From Lama guanicoe (taxonomy: Eukaryota), in assembly GCA_013239625.1 (NCBI GenBank), contig MU056270.1, positions 496,001 to 560,000 on the forward strand: a DNA stretch of 64,000 nucleotides, read 5' to 3'. The notes beneath the pieces were generated by a model. It did no database searches and was not told the DNA's origin. It worked only from the letters and a program-made list of their open reading frames with translations. The position numbers and the translations under genes were made by a program. Shown piece by piece: positions 26,055-37,936 of the stretch. How positions within the stretch are numbered: position 1 is the first letter of the stretch; every line of letters starts with the position of its first letter.

Positions 26055-26166
26055 TGGCGGGACCCATAAAGCTGTTTTCCAAAATTTCATCAACTAGCGA
26101 GGACTTCGGTGACTTGCTCTCCTTGGAAGGTGAGCCCTCGTTGTAACTTATTCCTTGTTTCTCGTC
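26055..26166 (-). other. Candidate exon (112 nt), open frame DEKQGISYNEGSPSKESKSPKSSLVDEILENSFMGPA
   Basis: Acceptor ...gtgagcAG at 26168-26167, donor A|GTATGA; less GC-rich than flanks; no homology recognised. Confidence 0.25.
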
Positions 26167-27039
26167 CTGCTCACGGCAGCAGGGACACAAGGAGCAAGTC
26201 GGCCGTGAGGCGTGGTTTGTTGCTGATCCGGAGTCTGGTCGATCTTTCATATCCATTTTCGATTTTTAAAAATATTCTCAGTTTTTAACCAATAATCTAT
26301 TTCTAACTTCAAGGACAAGTTAGAAAATAATCTGAAAATAGAAAATGATGAAAATCACCACCTGTGTTAGGAAGCAAATGTCCCTGTCTCTAAGTTCACG
26401 GTGACTCCGCCCTGCACGTCCTAGTGCGGTGAGGAAACGCTCCGGCGGCGCTCGCGTGATGCCCCATGACAGGGTGTCAGCGGCACGCGTGGTGCCGGGC
26501 TCAGCCCTCACCAGGGAGGGCCCCGCATGGACGGGTGTCTGCCCCAGCAGGGCCCTGGGCTTTGGGCCGGAGCACGCCCATGGGATGCCCAGGCCTGTGT
26601 GCCTTGATGGGCCGGGGCCTCCACAGGATCAGGGCAGAGGACAAGTTCAACTTCAAATACAGGGACTAGGAGAAAGCACATTTTGGAAAGGACAGTGAGC
26701 TCGCAGCCCAAGCCGCTGCCTTCGAGGGCTCTGCTCTTTCCTTTGGCTTTCAAACAGGCAAAATCTATTTTTCAAAATTAAATTGGAAGAGGACGTTTGC
26801 AGGACCACTGAAGCACATCTCCCAGCCCAGATATTCCAGGGACATGGTTCAAAAACCACAGAAACAGGCGGGGCTGGGAGTCAGGACTCCCACAAGTCAC
26901 GAGGGCAGTGAGCGGGCGAGAAGCTGCGCTGATGCCCCCTCCCAGCGCCCACCCCCTCAGGATGCTCAGAAACGAGCCAGATAATGCCTGCCATTTCTGT
27001 GCAGTGTCCGAAGGGCAACCCAAAGCAGGAGCGGGGAGC

Positions 27040-27185
27040 CTGGACGTTGCCAGGCTGGCTGTGTGGCCCTGGGCAAGTAAACTGCCCGAGGTTGGTTTCC
27101 TCACCTGCCAACACCTGCCCCACAAGGCAGCTCTGGGAGGGGGCGAGGGAATTCGTGCAACCGGCCCAGCACATGGCCTGGCTCG
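27040..27185 (+). mobile_element. MIR fragment
   Basis: gctgtgtggccctgggcaagtaaact...ggtttcctcacctg...cagcacatggcctggc. Confidence 0.6.
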
Positions 27186-27394
27186 TGAGTCCTCGCTGGA
27201 CCGCAGGTGCACTGCCTGATCCATCAGCAAGGGCTTGTTCCGTGTCTCCTGGACATGGGGCTGATGATGAGAGCTGGAGCAGCAGGTGAAGTGGGCGGCG
27301 GAGCCTGGCCTCCGGGCGCTCCCATCCCCAGCAGGCAGAAGGAGCAAGAGAAGCTGTGCTGGGCCCAGAGCCAGGGGTCTGTGCAGACTGGAGC

Positions 27395-27585
27395 GATCCT
27401 GTGTGTCTGTGTGTGTGCATATCCAGAGCGATTTTGTGCATCGGGGTATGTGTGCACGTGTGTGCACGCATGTGCATGTACATGCATGTGTGTATGTGTG
27501 CAAAGACCGAGTGATCCTGTGTGTCTGTGTGCACACACGTGTGCATGTGTGTATGTGTGCGTATGTATAGGTGCATGTATGAGCA
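27395..27585. repeat. TG/CA-rich low-complexity tandem array
   Basis: gatcctgtgtgtctgtgtg occurs twice with intervening (TG/CA/TA)n. Confidence 0.85.
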
Positions 27586-28206
27586 TATAACGCATCCACC
27601 ACCCTCTGGAGTGATGCATGGTTCCCTGTCACCACGTGGGCAAGCCCTTCGCCCCTGGACTGAACTTGTTGCTCAGCACAGCTGTCAGCCCCCACTCCGT
27701 TCCTAAGCGGCTGAGCATTTGTTGTGGAAGATGCTAAAATGCTTTCACTCCCTGGGAGCGGGTAAAGCAGACGTCCAGTCTAGAACAGAAGTTAAGAGTC
27801 CAATGTCCAGGCCCACCGAGGGCTCAGGGTGACGAGCCCCATGTCCTGCGCCGTCCACGAGGCAGGCAGTGCGTAGCCTGGAGTCAGCTTGTTGGCATCT
27901 GACCTACCGTCTGCCTGTGTACTTAACTCAGGCTCCAGGAAGAGAAATCCCCAGGGAAACCGTGCCAAAGGGTGGGGGCCGGGAACAAAGGACCGGAGAC
28001 TCTGCCCGCAGAGCTCACCCGCTGCCCGCCTTGATGAACTGCCGCCCACACAGCCCCGTGCTGCTGCTGCTGACTCAGGACCCCGCCCGCAGGGAGGGTG
28101 CTCTGGATTCCTGAGGGCCGCTCCCCTGGGCAGGCCAGAGGCACCCTCAACACAGCTGCAGCCCGACCACCGCCTGGAGCCAGGCGGGTAGCGCACCCCC
28201 CCCCCG

Positions 28207-28482
28207 ATACACACATGGACACACGGACACACGGACACACGGACACACATGGACACACGGACACACGGACACACGGACACACATGGACACACAGACACAC
28301 GGACACACAGGGACACACAGACACACGGACACACAGGGACACACGGACACACATGGACACAAGGACACACGGACACACGGACACACATGGACACACGGAC
28401 ACACAGACACACGGACACACATGGACACATGGACACACGGACACACGGACACACATGGACACACGGACACACAGACACACAC
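28207..28482. repeat. Minisatellite of 8-10 bp units (ACACACGG / ACACACATGG / ACACACAG)
   Basis: Directly visible tandem units. Confidence 0.95.
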
Positions 28483-29344
28483 GTGTGCCAGCAGGCCAGC
28501 GCCCTCACCTTCCCCACAGGCTCTACCTGCACTTCATGCTGCCTCTCTGAAGGTGCAGGGGTTCCCAGCGATGCGTCTGTGGGGGCGGTGCCATGAGAAA
28601 GAGGACAGAACAGTTAGAAGGAGGGAGGGGGAGAGAGAGAGACGGCTAGACTCCAGCTCCGAATGGTCACGCCCTTGACCACTGTCAACGTACAGGTTAG
28701 TGGTGTCAGGGGTGAGCCCACGGTGCAGACAGCCCTGCGGGCCCTCGGAAGACACGATGTCCCTGGGGGGCGGCATCCAGCCTGTGTGCACCTGGAGGGT
28801 GAGTTTTCTGGAGCTTTGAGGTCACAGCCCTCCTGTAACAGGAGAGGCAGGGCCGGCGCTGAGGGGCTCCGGGCGGCAGGACCCTCTCAGCCCCACCTGG
28901 GGCGGCCCCCCACCCCCGGTGCCACGGCAGCCCCCTCAACCAGGGGAGACCCAAGGGGAAGTAAATGAAGCCGCATTTCTTTCGCTGATGATAGATGCTG
29001 ACGGTTAAAACGCACGGGCGAGCACCACTGTGTAAAAAACGCTGTTAAAGAGAAAATGAAAAACCATGATTTCAAATGTTTAACCTACATACTTACCAGA
29101 ATAAAGTGTGTTAGGAATTCCTTGGTTGTTCCCGGGAACAGCATTCTGTAGCTAAGAACCAGCCATAAAGCCGTCAGCACGGAGCCTGGGACGCGGCGCG
29201 GGCTTGTCTTCCCAGCGCAGGAAACTCCCCTCCGCGGGGCACCTGGGACCGTGTGCTGAGTTCTGTGTCCCCTGGACGCGGGGCCGATGCTGAGGGGGAT
29301 ACAGGCTTACAGCCCCTCCCTCAAGGGCGCACAGAGCGCCTCTT

Positions 29345-29830
29345 GCTTTTTTTAAGGTTGTGGTAAAACACGCATAACATGAACGTTGCAGCTTAAGCGT
29401 GGCTAAGGGTGCAGGTCAGCGCGTTGAGGTTGTTCACACTGCGGTGCAGCCGTCACCCCATCCATCCCCAGAACTCTCCGCCTTGCAAAGCTGCAGCTCT
29501 GTCCCCACTGAACACCAACCCCTCCCCCTGCCCCCGGCCCCCACCGGCCTGCTGTCCGTCTCCGTGGATCCGACCCCTCCGGAGACCTCGAGCGAGCGCA
29601 CTCGCTCAGTACTGGCGCGTCTGTGCCTGGCTCACTTCACCGAGCAGTGTCCTCAAGGTTCCGCCACGTTGTGGCCCATGCCAGAACCTCCTCCCTTCTT
29701 ACGGCCACATGTGTTCCGCTCTGTGGATGGAGCGCACTTTGCTTCTCCGTTCACCCCGTGATGGACGCATCCCACCCTTCGGATGCTGTGACGCGCGCTG
29801 CTGTGGACATGGGTGTGGAAACGTGTTCCC
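29345..29830 (-). mobile_element. L1 (L1MB-like) 3' end fragment
   Basis: ttgtggtaaaacacgcataacat...ttcacactgcggtgcagccgtcaccccatccatccccagaactct...tgcctggctcacttcac. Confidence 0.8.
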
Positions 29831-30003
29831 GCTTCTTAAACCCCACGGCCGTCGGACGGATCACGGCCGTCTCGCTGCGGGGCCTCGGCTGCCTGGCCAG
29901 GTTCTCAAGCCTGGTGTTCCCTCTTGCGATGACTTCATGGTAAGCGATCCCCAGGAAGGACGGTTTTGGTCGTGACGTCCAGCTTTCCGGAAGTCAGGGT
30001 GGG

Positions 30004-30562
30004 TCACTGGTTGGAGCTTTCTTGAGATTGAGCTTCCAGCCCTCCCGGGTTCACATCAAAGTCCTCGCTCACGTCGGGGGTGGAGATCTTGATGGAAGAT
30101 GAGCTAAAGTGGCGTGTGAAATGAAAAAAAAGAGCTTGAGTCTGGTGTGGGGCAGCGATGCTTTCCTGGGGTAGCTGGTCCGAACACGGGTCTGAGAGAC
30201 TGAACAACCAAAACCCTGGGCCAACAGAGCAGGAAGGCAGGCCTCCACCGGGAAGTCACGAGCAGCTGGGGGAGCGCCGCCCCCCAGGGAGAAGTCAGCA
30301 GGCTACGTACACGATCACCTACAGGCACACTTTGTCATTTAAAAAAAACCCGTGAAATACATGTCAAAATATAAATAACGCAAGGCGATTTCTGGGCCAG
30401 GCAGCTCTTCCTCCTGGTGGTGAGCAGAGCCTCGTGGGCCAGACCCGTCACCACGTACCTGACGGCGGCCACACGGGTGACCATGGTGCCTTGGGCCACG
30501 CTGGGCTGGGCGTGGGTGCTGGAGCCAGGGGCAAAGTCGCCCTCCTGCATCTACTTCCATTG
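30004..30562 (-). other. Two candidate exons (30562 or 30550 to 30459; 30103 onward) of an unidentified transcript
   Basis: Acceptor ccttctccgtttcacAG, donor CAG|GTACGT, and acceptor ctctttttttcatttcacacgccactttAG. Confidence 0.35.
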
Positions 30563-33500
30563 CTGTGAAACGGAGAAGGTGATTTAAAAGATGCTCTCAA
30601 GAATATTACAGGTGAGAAGTGGCACGAGTGTTGGCGTCCGCCCCTCCCCTCGCCCTGAGAGACGGGCTTCACAGGTCAGGCAGGACGCTGTGCTGTTGTC
30701 GCTGGGAAAAGCAACTTCGTCTGAGCCGAACTGGTCCAGCTGCCAAGTAAGGGAGGGGCGGTCCCTTTATGATGGATACTTTCACGAACGAATAATTCAA
30801 GAGGCAGGTCCCGCCCGGACGGGGGCCACCCTGGGACCAACAGCCCGAGTTCTCTTCCAGGCTCTGCCCGGGTGCGCTGGGATGGTGCGCCGGCTCTTTT
30901 TCCTCCGGGCTTTTACCAGAACGCTGTGTCTACGGGTGTTTTTGGTCCCAGCTGCATTTACGCCCACCCCGTATATGCCACGTGGCTTTCTGGGGGGCTT
31001 CACTGCCCCACGGTTTCTGCCGCAAACAGCACCTTGCTTCCCTCTGCTGCTTGGAGCCCTTCGGGCGTGTATGCAGCGAGCGGAGGGCGCGCCGCGAGGG
31101 GAGGGTGTGTGCTGTTTGCAGAGACTCTGGTCAAGTCCCTTCTCACCCTTTCTTCAGAGGATTGTCCAGAGACATGTCTGTTTACCAGCCATTCTGGGAG
31201 AGCACCGTGGAGGGCAGGACGCGGCGAGGAGTAGCTCAGAGCCTCGGCCCTACTCATCTGCTCCCGGCCACACGCCGAGCAGCTGTGACTTTGCCGCCTC
31301 TGAGAAGTGCAGCCCGTTTCTGACGTCACTGATGCCATGTTAATCGGGTCCTTCTGAGCGGCAGGTGCAGGGACGCCAAGGACAGACCAGGGTGAGGCCT
31401 CGCCCTCCCTGACCTCCTTCTGGGGAGGGTCCCAGTAGGACGAGCCGAGATGCGGCAGGAACGGGGTTTCAGCCTTCACGATTGGGAGGAGGCTTGAGGG
31501 CTGACCCCCCGGAGGACCGGGAGGAGGTGGCGTCCGCCTGCTGCTCTGAATAGATCTTGTCAAAACAGCGAGTGCCCGCGGGCACAGCTCTGTGCATGCT
31601 GGTCATGGGCCCCGGGCTGCGGCAGGACAGCATGTTCTCCAGGGACCCTCTGAGGCTCCCCGGCTGCTGAGACCGAAGTTCCCCGGGCGCTGGGCGCTGA
31701 ACGGGGCCCAGACCTTCCTGCTTCCCCCGGGGAGGCGGGTCCGCAGGGAAAGAAAGTCACCAGGTGCCCCACGAGTGTCCTTTCAGAGCAGCTCTGCAGC
31801 CAAGGCTTTTATCGCTGGGAACTCTCGTCCCGAATCACGTCCTGCGGTAGGTCAGGGGTCCGCTGACTACCAGCAGGATCAACAAGCCTCCTTGGACCTG
31901 CAGAACGGCAGAACCTTCCCAGCGCCCACGGAGCAACGCAGCCCGAGGAGGGGGAAGCGGAGGGCTGGGCTTCGCGTGGATTCAGGGCAAAAGTCATGGC
32001 TAAATCTCTAGCAGAATGCTTCCCGGAGAAGCAGGAAGGAGCGGAAGGCGTCAGAATCACCTCAAATCTCCTTAAGAAAGGCCGCGGACAGTCTGGGGAG
32101 AAGAGGGGTGGCCCTGCGTCCCGGGGCACAGGCGTCTTGCCGACGATGATGTCCGAATGGGCCGTTTCCGCTGCAGGTTTGCACCCTGACTCTGCTCCAC
32201 ATTACTTAGTGAAATGACGAGAGACGAAATGAGACAAAGACTTGTTCTGGCACCGGTGTAAGCGGAACGCGGGCAAGTAAGGCTCAGGGACGGAATCGTA
32301 AGGGTGACTTCTGTTTTCGTCCTGTTGCCTCTGAAGCTGGCTCACAGGACTTTAAAGGTGGCACCCTCCCTGCTCCGGGATGAAAGATCAGGCACGTCCA
32401 CGACTTTGCTCGCTGCCGGGTAACAGGAGCCCCATCAACACTGCAGGGCATAGCAGCAAACTCAGCTAGGCAACTGCAACGCCAGTCCAGCGACAGACAG
32501 GACTCTGGACCTGACCCTACATTAAAGCTTCAGCCCCGCCTGCAGCCGGGGGAGGGGGGCGGAGGGGGCGCAATTCTGCTCTGTTCTCCACGCTGAGCAC
32601 CGGGTTTCTGACCACCAGCCCTGGGCCAGGAGCCTGGGGGAGGGGCGGAGGAAGGGTGCGGAAGTTTCCATCTGCCTGCGCTGCGGAGAGGCACCGGGGT
32701 CAGTGAACCTGGCACTGGCGTGCAGTGTCTCCCCCGTGGTGTCCTTGTGGGTCCCCTGGGGAGAAGGGGCACTGAAAAACTGGCTTAACGTCCCAGGATG
32801 AAGATGGTATCTTTTCTCTAAAGAATTCCAGGAAAATACTCACACAGTTCAGATAATTTTATTTGGTGGCAAACAGAGGTCGTGTAAACAGAGAGCAAAG
32901 ACTGTGCTGTTTCCTCGTGGACTTAGACCAGGGCCAAACCCGACGGGTCGTTTTCGACCTCCTGGAGTATGCAGCTTCCCAGCCTCTGTGCACGTGGCCG
33001 CCAGCGTCCCCGTCCCCTTCCCGCCCCGGGCGCCCCCGGGGGAAGGTGCCCCTGCCTGTCTGCAGGGCACTGGGGTGGGGCGGGTCTCGGTCCTGCTAAG
33101 GGAAGGACGGCTGTCCCAGTGCTGGACCTTGGAGCGCAGACCCCACTTTGCTGCAGGAAGGGGCCTCCCACTTGGGAAACGGGAGGACGTTTCGACCCCG
33201 CAGGACGCGGGGAGTTTACGGGACTGAGGAGAGCAAGCACCCCTCACAAAGCCAAGCTGAGGAAACGTGGGTGCTCGCCCTGTCTCTTCAAGAGTTTACC
33301 GTGAAGGGGGCGGGGAAGAGAGAGACGGAAAACATGTGACAGTTGTAAGTGTCGGAGTGCCAGGCACCGGCCAGGATAAACCATGGTCAGGACTCAGAAT
33401 CAGTTGCTTGGGAGGTTAACCAGGATTTTTCAGATTAATCTGAAACTTTATCGACATTTGCTTTGCTGTTTGAGAAAAATGTGTTACAGGTCCTGAACAG

Positions 33501-36254
33501 CTGTTTCTACATGAAATTTTGGACTAAAACTGACAAGTGTAACATACATATATACATAGAGAGAGATTTTATGTGTATAACGTCTGACTAGATCCATTGA
33601 CTGATCAATGGAATTTTGTGATGAAGATCCCGAGCCTTTCTGCTCGCAGCCCCAAGGAAATGAACTGCACCCCTGTCAGCCATCTGTTGGGCCCTCAGAT
33701 AAACAAGCACCCAGAGAACATTGGAGAGGACTGAGTCTCTCCAAAGCAGCCTGGTCATACAGGACACAGGCTTCGTCTAGGCTGGGATGTGGAGCCTGCT
33801 CCGTGTCTGCGGCCCTCCGCCCGGGGGGGGTGACCTCGGGTCGCAGGGCAGGCTCATGCCCGGAGCGGGGGTGACATGAGGAGCCCGGCCCAGCTGCAGG
33901 GCCTGCTGTCTGCAGCGCCGGGTGGGGTGAACTGAGGCCATGGGGGTGGGGGCTCCCCAGCAGGAGGGAGCACCTGGGAAGCAGGTGTCTGTAGACAAGA
34001 CGCACCCTGGGTGCTCCCGGGGGACCAGCCTGTGCCCCTGGGGTGCTCTCTGCAGTAGTCCTGGTGATGGAGGGTGACGGAGGCACATGACTGAAGACCT
34101 AGGGTTTGTTGAGTGAATGTCCAATGTTCACCCCTCTGTGACTGTCCCATCTTTTCTCCCCGACACTCTTCTGTGCACCATGCAGACCCCTCCACCCTGA
34201 TTCTTGAGTCCCAACTCCTTTTCCTTCTCTCCCCAAACTTCCTAACTTTCTCTCCAGCTCAAGTTCTACATTGAGGTTCACCTGGGAAGCCTTTTTCAAC
34301 TGTTTTCCATTAGAAGCTTGTAACCGGGGGGCTTCTGGTGCCTGCAGACTTGGGTCTAATTGTGCAAACATGGACTCACTCCCTTCGCACTTGAGTTTGG
34401 GCTGGATGGCGTCCCCGGCCTCACGCTGCCTCTCCCTCCTACACTGCAAGCCCTCCCGGCCTTGAAAGTGTGTTTATGATTTCCTAACACCCCTTCTGGG
34501 CGCCCCACGGGACAGGTGCCAGCACGGGACTGAGGGAGGCGGACCGAGTGGTGGGACAGAAGCTGGCAAGCAGAGGTCTAGCAGGTTCTGTCTGGACGCA
34601 GTGTCGGGGCAGCCCTGACGGGATGTACTGGGAGGGCGATGCCAGGCGGGCGTCCAGACCACGCTCCGCCGCCCTGCGGCCTGTCCAGCTCTCCTAACGC
34701 TCCCTGCCAGGGGGAACGTGTGCTCAACTTGTTTAGCAACACCTTTTATTGTTTTGCTAAACTCTTGATAGTTGCTCTCATGAGCAACGATTACAACAAG
34801 TTTCCACTTCTGCCTCCCACTGTTAAACATACGCAATACGGGGTCACCCTCCCCGAAGCTGGCCACATCCCTCGGTGGCGTTTAACCTTCAGGCACAGAA
34901 GTCCTGACCCCTCGCCCCGCTCGACCTCCACCTGGAAGAAGACAGAAGACAGCCGTGGCCCTTCCTCTGGCACCGTCACCCAAGGCTTCCTCCTGCCCGC
35001 CCTCTGGAGCAGAGACCCGAGCCTCCCCACCCGCCGGCCAGCGACTCCCGGGAGGCTCCGGCCCTTCATGTGTCTTCGGCGCTTGTCTTCGGTGCTTTTC
35101 TTCAGGCATCAAAATAGCAGCTCCCCTCGGGCCTTCTCCAGACACTTCCCCACCCCCACACAGAAGAAGGTAAACACCCCTGCATCCTGGACTTCAGCCA
35201 GCTTCCAAAAGTAACGCAACTTCCCTCACTTTCAAAGAGACCCGCTCTGCGACGCCCAAGCTCAGGTGTCCAGCCCACGGGGCTGCGGTCCGGGGCTGAC
35301 CTTCCCTCCGGACCCTCCGACGACACAGCCGGCGACCCTGTGGGCTGAGGAACTAGGGCCTGCTGTCTGTTTCCTGTTGTCTGGGCGGCCGAGGCCGAGG
35401 GGCTGTGGGCCCGGGGGTCGGGGAGAGGCCGCTGCAGAGGACAGAGGTGCCACCACGGTCACAGCAGTGCCAGAAAAAGGCTCAGCGTGTCTCCACACCG
35501 GGCCTCTTTGTTCGGTGCTGCCAAGTGTGCTTTGAAGTCTGCTGGAAATGTCTGGCTTCCTGCTTCGGCCTCCTCGCCCCCCGTTTTCTCGCCCTGGGGG
35601 TGCAGGCCTGTCGGCACACACGAGCCCAGGCACCGGGAGCAGGGGGAGCAGGGCTCTGTCACTACGGCTGGCAGTTGGAAGCGGAGCTGCGGGGACAGAG
35701 CAAGGCCAGCCTGGCAAACCCGGCCCCGGTGCCCCCGGACTCTGGGCAAACACCTGTTTCCCCACCTTTCAAATCGCGGTGACTTGCTAGGTTATTCTGC
35801 CTTGTGTTTTCAAGTTACAGATCCTCCGTGCAAACCTCCTCACACTGCGCTCGCTGCAAAATCGGTGCATTGTCAGCATCTTCGTTGTGAAAAGCGTGTG
35901 TCCATGCTTTCTGTGGCTTCGCCGGAGCTGGGCCACAGCAGACACGGAGGACGGCCGCAAAGTGTGGGCGAGGGCTGATCTTACTTTTCCTCCCAAACTC
36001 TGGGAAATATGCTCTGATTTTTGAAAACTGAAAACCGTGAGACACTGAAAGAAAATGAACGCTGACTCCGCTGGTGCTCAGGACCAGCACGGCTCTGTGT
36101 CCTTCAGGTCAGGGAACAGCCACCATTCAAGCTCAAGGGAAAGAAGATACAAATAAAATCCCAACATTCTGAGCCCCAGATGCTCAGCTCAACAGCCAGG
36201 CAAACCAGCGTCGCCTTGGGCCTCACCCCCAAGGGCATGAACAACTCTATTAGA

Positions 36255-36340
36255 AACGTTCACTTGACAAACTTCCGTCGGGCACCTGCTGTGTGCTCTG
36301 CACACGGCCCTAGGGACTCGACAGCAAAGCCCACAGGAGC
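36255..36340 (-). mobile_element. L2 3' end fragment
   Basis: ttcacttgacaaacttccgtcgggcacctgctgtgtgctctgcacacggccctaggg resembles the L2 terminus. Confidence 0.5.
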
Positions 36341-37489
36341 CGGGGCTCACGTCGCTTCGAGTCCAGCCGGCATCACCACGGGGCTTTTGTAGAAGATCCT
36401 GCCAGCGCTGGTGACCAGTTCCTCTGGCTGGAGTCGGGCCTCGCGGTTTCTGAAGGCGCCTCGGGTGAGTGCTACCTGCGGCCACAATGGGTGAGAAGCA
36501 CGGAGGAAGGCGCCCGGAGGAGCTGGAAGCAGTCGGCTTCCATTCCAGCAGGAAGGCAGGACGCGGTGGGCTTGGAGCCGAGGGGCACCGCGGCCCCATC
36601 CAAGTCTGAGCGCCGCTGCAAACTGGCGTGGGGAAGGCGGGCCAGGGGACGGAGGGCAGTGGGAGCGCGGACAGCTCCGCGGGACGAAGCCCTCAGCAGA
36701 CAGTATAAAGCACGTCACGGGGAGGGAGTGGGTGCCAGTCACACGCCCAGGGAGCCCCCTGTGTGACTTAAATCCCGGAAGGGGAAAGCGCTCGGCCGCG
36801 AGGAGTCGTCGGGACGTTTCTGAGGCCGTGGGTCCTTGCGCTAAAGCCTGGAGAGTGTGTGGCCGGTGGCGCAGCCCAGCACTGGGAGCAGCACCATGGA
36901 AGTCGTGGACACGGCAAGTCACCCGGCCTGGTCTGGAGCCGGACAGGGGACTGGCCGGCTCATCCTGGGCGGTGGTGAGAGGTGCGGTGAGCAGACAGCA
37001 GGTCCGGGCGCGGAGGGGCCTGGGGAGACTTCTGAGTAAGGAGCGTGGGGATGGGGGGCACCTCCCACCCTGCAGGGCAGGTCGGGCGGACCTGGGAGGG
37101 AGGGGGAAGGGCAGGAGTCCAGGGGGTCGCAGTGGACATCTCCCTGCGGGTGACGGGCCCCCAGTACAGAAGGACGGTGTGCTGAGGGGGAGGGACCAGC
37201 TATGCCAACGTTTTTAAGGAAACAATGGAGACCAGTAACTATACCCAAGGGAAGAGAGAGAAGAAAGAGTCGAAGACCACAAGAGGACGGGAGGGCGGCG
37301 CAGACAGCCTGCTGGTCTGGTCGTGGCGGGGCCATCCTCTGGGGGTCCTGGCGTCACTGAGGTGACTCAGTTCCACACCTTTTCTCCTGCAGATGACATG
37401 CTGCCCTCGAGCCTCTCCCCCAGATTCCTAGCTACCCAAAGATCCCCGTGAAGGGTCCCCTGCCCTCTCCCAACGCCCCCTTCCTACCA

Positions 37490-37790
37490 AGACCTCGGTC
37501 TGCCCCGGCCGCCGGCACCCAGTAGGTCGTCTTGTGGTTTAAACGATAGGGATTCACCCCCTGGCCGTCTGGAGGCTGGAATCTGAGATCCAGGCGCGGG
37601 CAGGACTGGCTCCTTCTGAGGCCTCTCTCCTGGGTGTGTAGACAGCCGCCTTCTCCCGGGTCCTCCCAGGCCTGCCCCGTGTGTCCGTCCCCGTGCGTCA
37701 CCCCTCAAAGGGAGGCCAGTCACGTGGGACTAGAGTCCACCCGAGACCCCTGGACCCTGAGTTTCTCCGTAAACTCCACTCTTCACCCGG
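37490..37790 (-). mobile_element. MaLR solo LTR (MLT1A-like)
   Basis: tctggaggctggaatctgagatccagg...ctggctccttctgaggcctctctcctgggtgtgtagacagccgccttctcc. Confidence 0.75.
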
Positions 37791-37883
37791 CCCCACAGCC
37801 CTCCCCCCACCCGGGGTGCACACTCTGCTGCTTCCGCAGCTGCAGGAAGCCTGCGGACCAAACCCATCTGCCTTTGACAATCA

Positions 37884-37936
37884 GCCCTTCGACCCCACGG
37901 GGGGCTGCCCTTCGACCCCACGGGGGGCTGCCCTTC
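37884..37936. repeat. 23-bp tandem duplication (2.3 copies)
   Basis: gcccttcgaccccacggggggct x2 plus gcccttc. Confidence 0.9.

Noticed and set aside
26055-30562. Assignment to SPACA7 based on SLVDEIL and IKIS-like peptides
   Set aside because: Only a vague remembered resemblance. I found no signal-peptide exon or DEILVQEIL-like exon, and the exon phases do not fit.
32843-32962. Minus-strand AG...GTGAGT-bounded segment as a coding exon
   Set aside because: Stop codons in all three frames; at best non-coding.
36704-36709. TATA box (TATAAA), also one near 25278
   Set aside because: Isolated hexamers with no supporting downstream exon structure; expected by chance.
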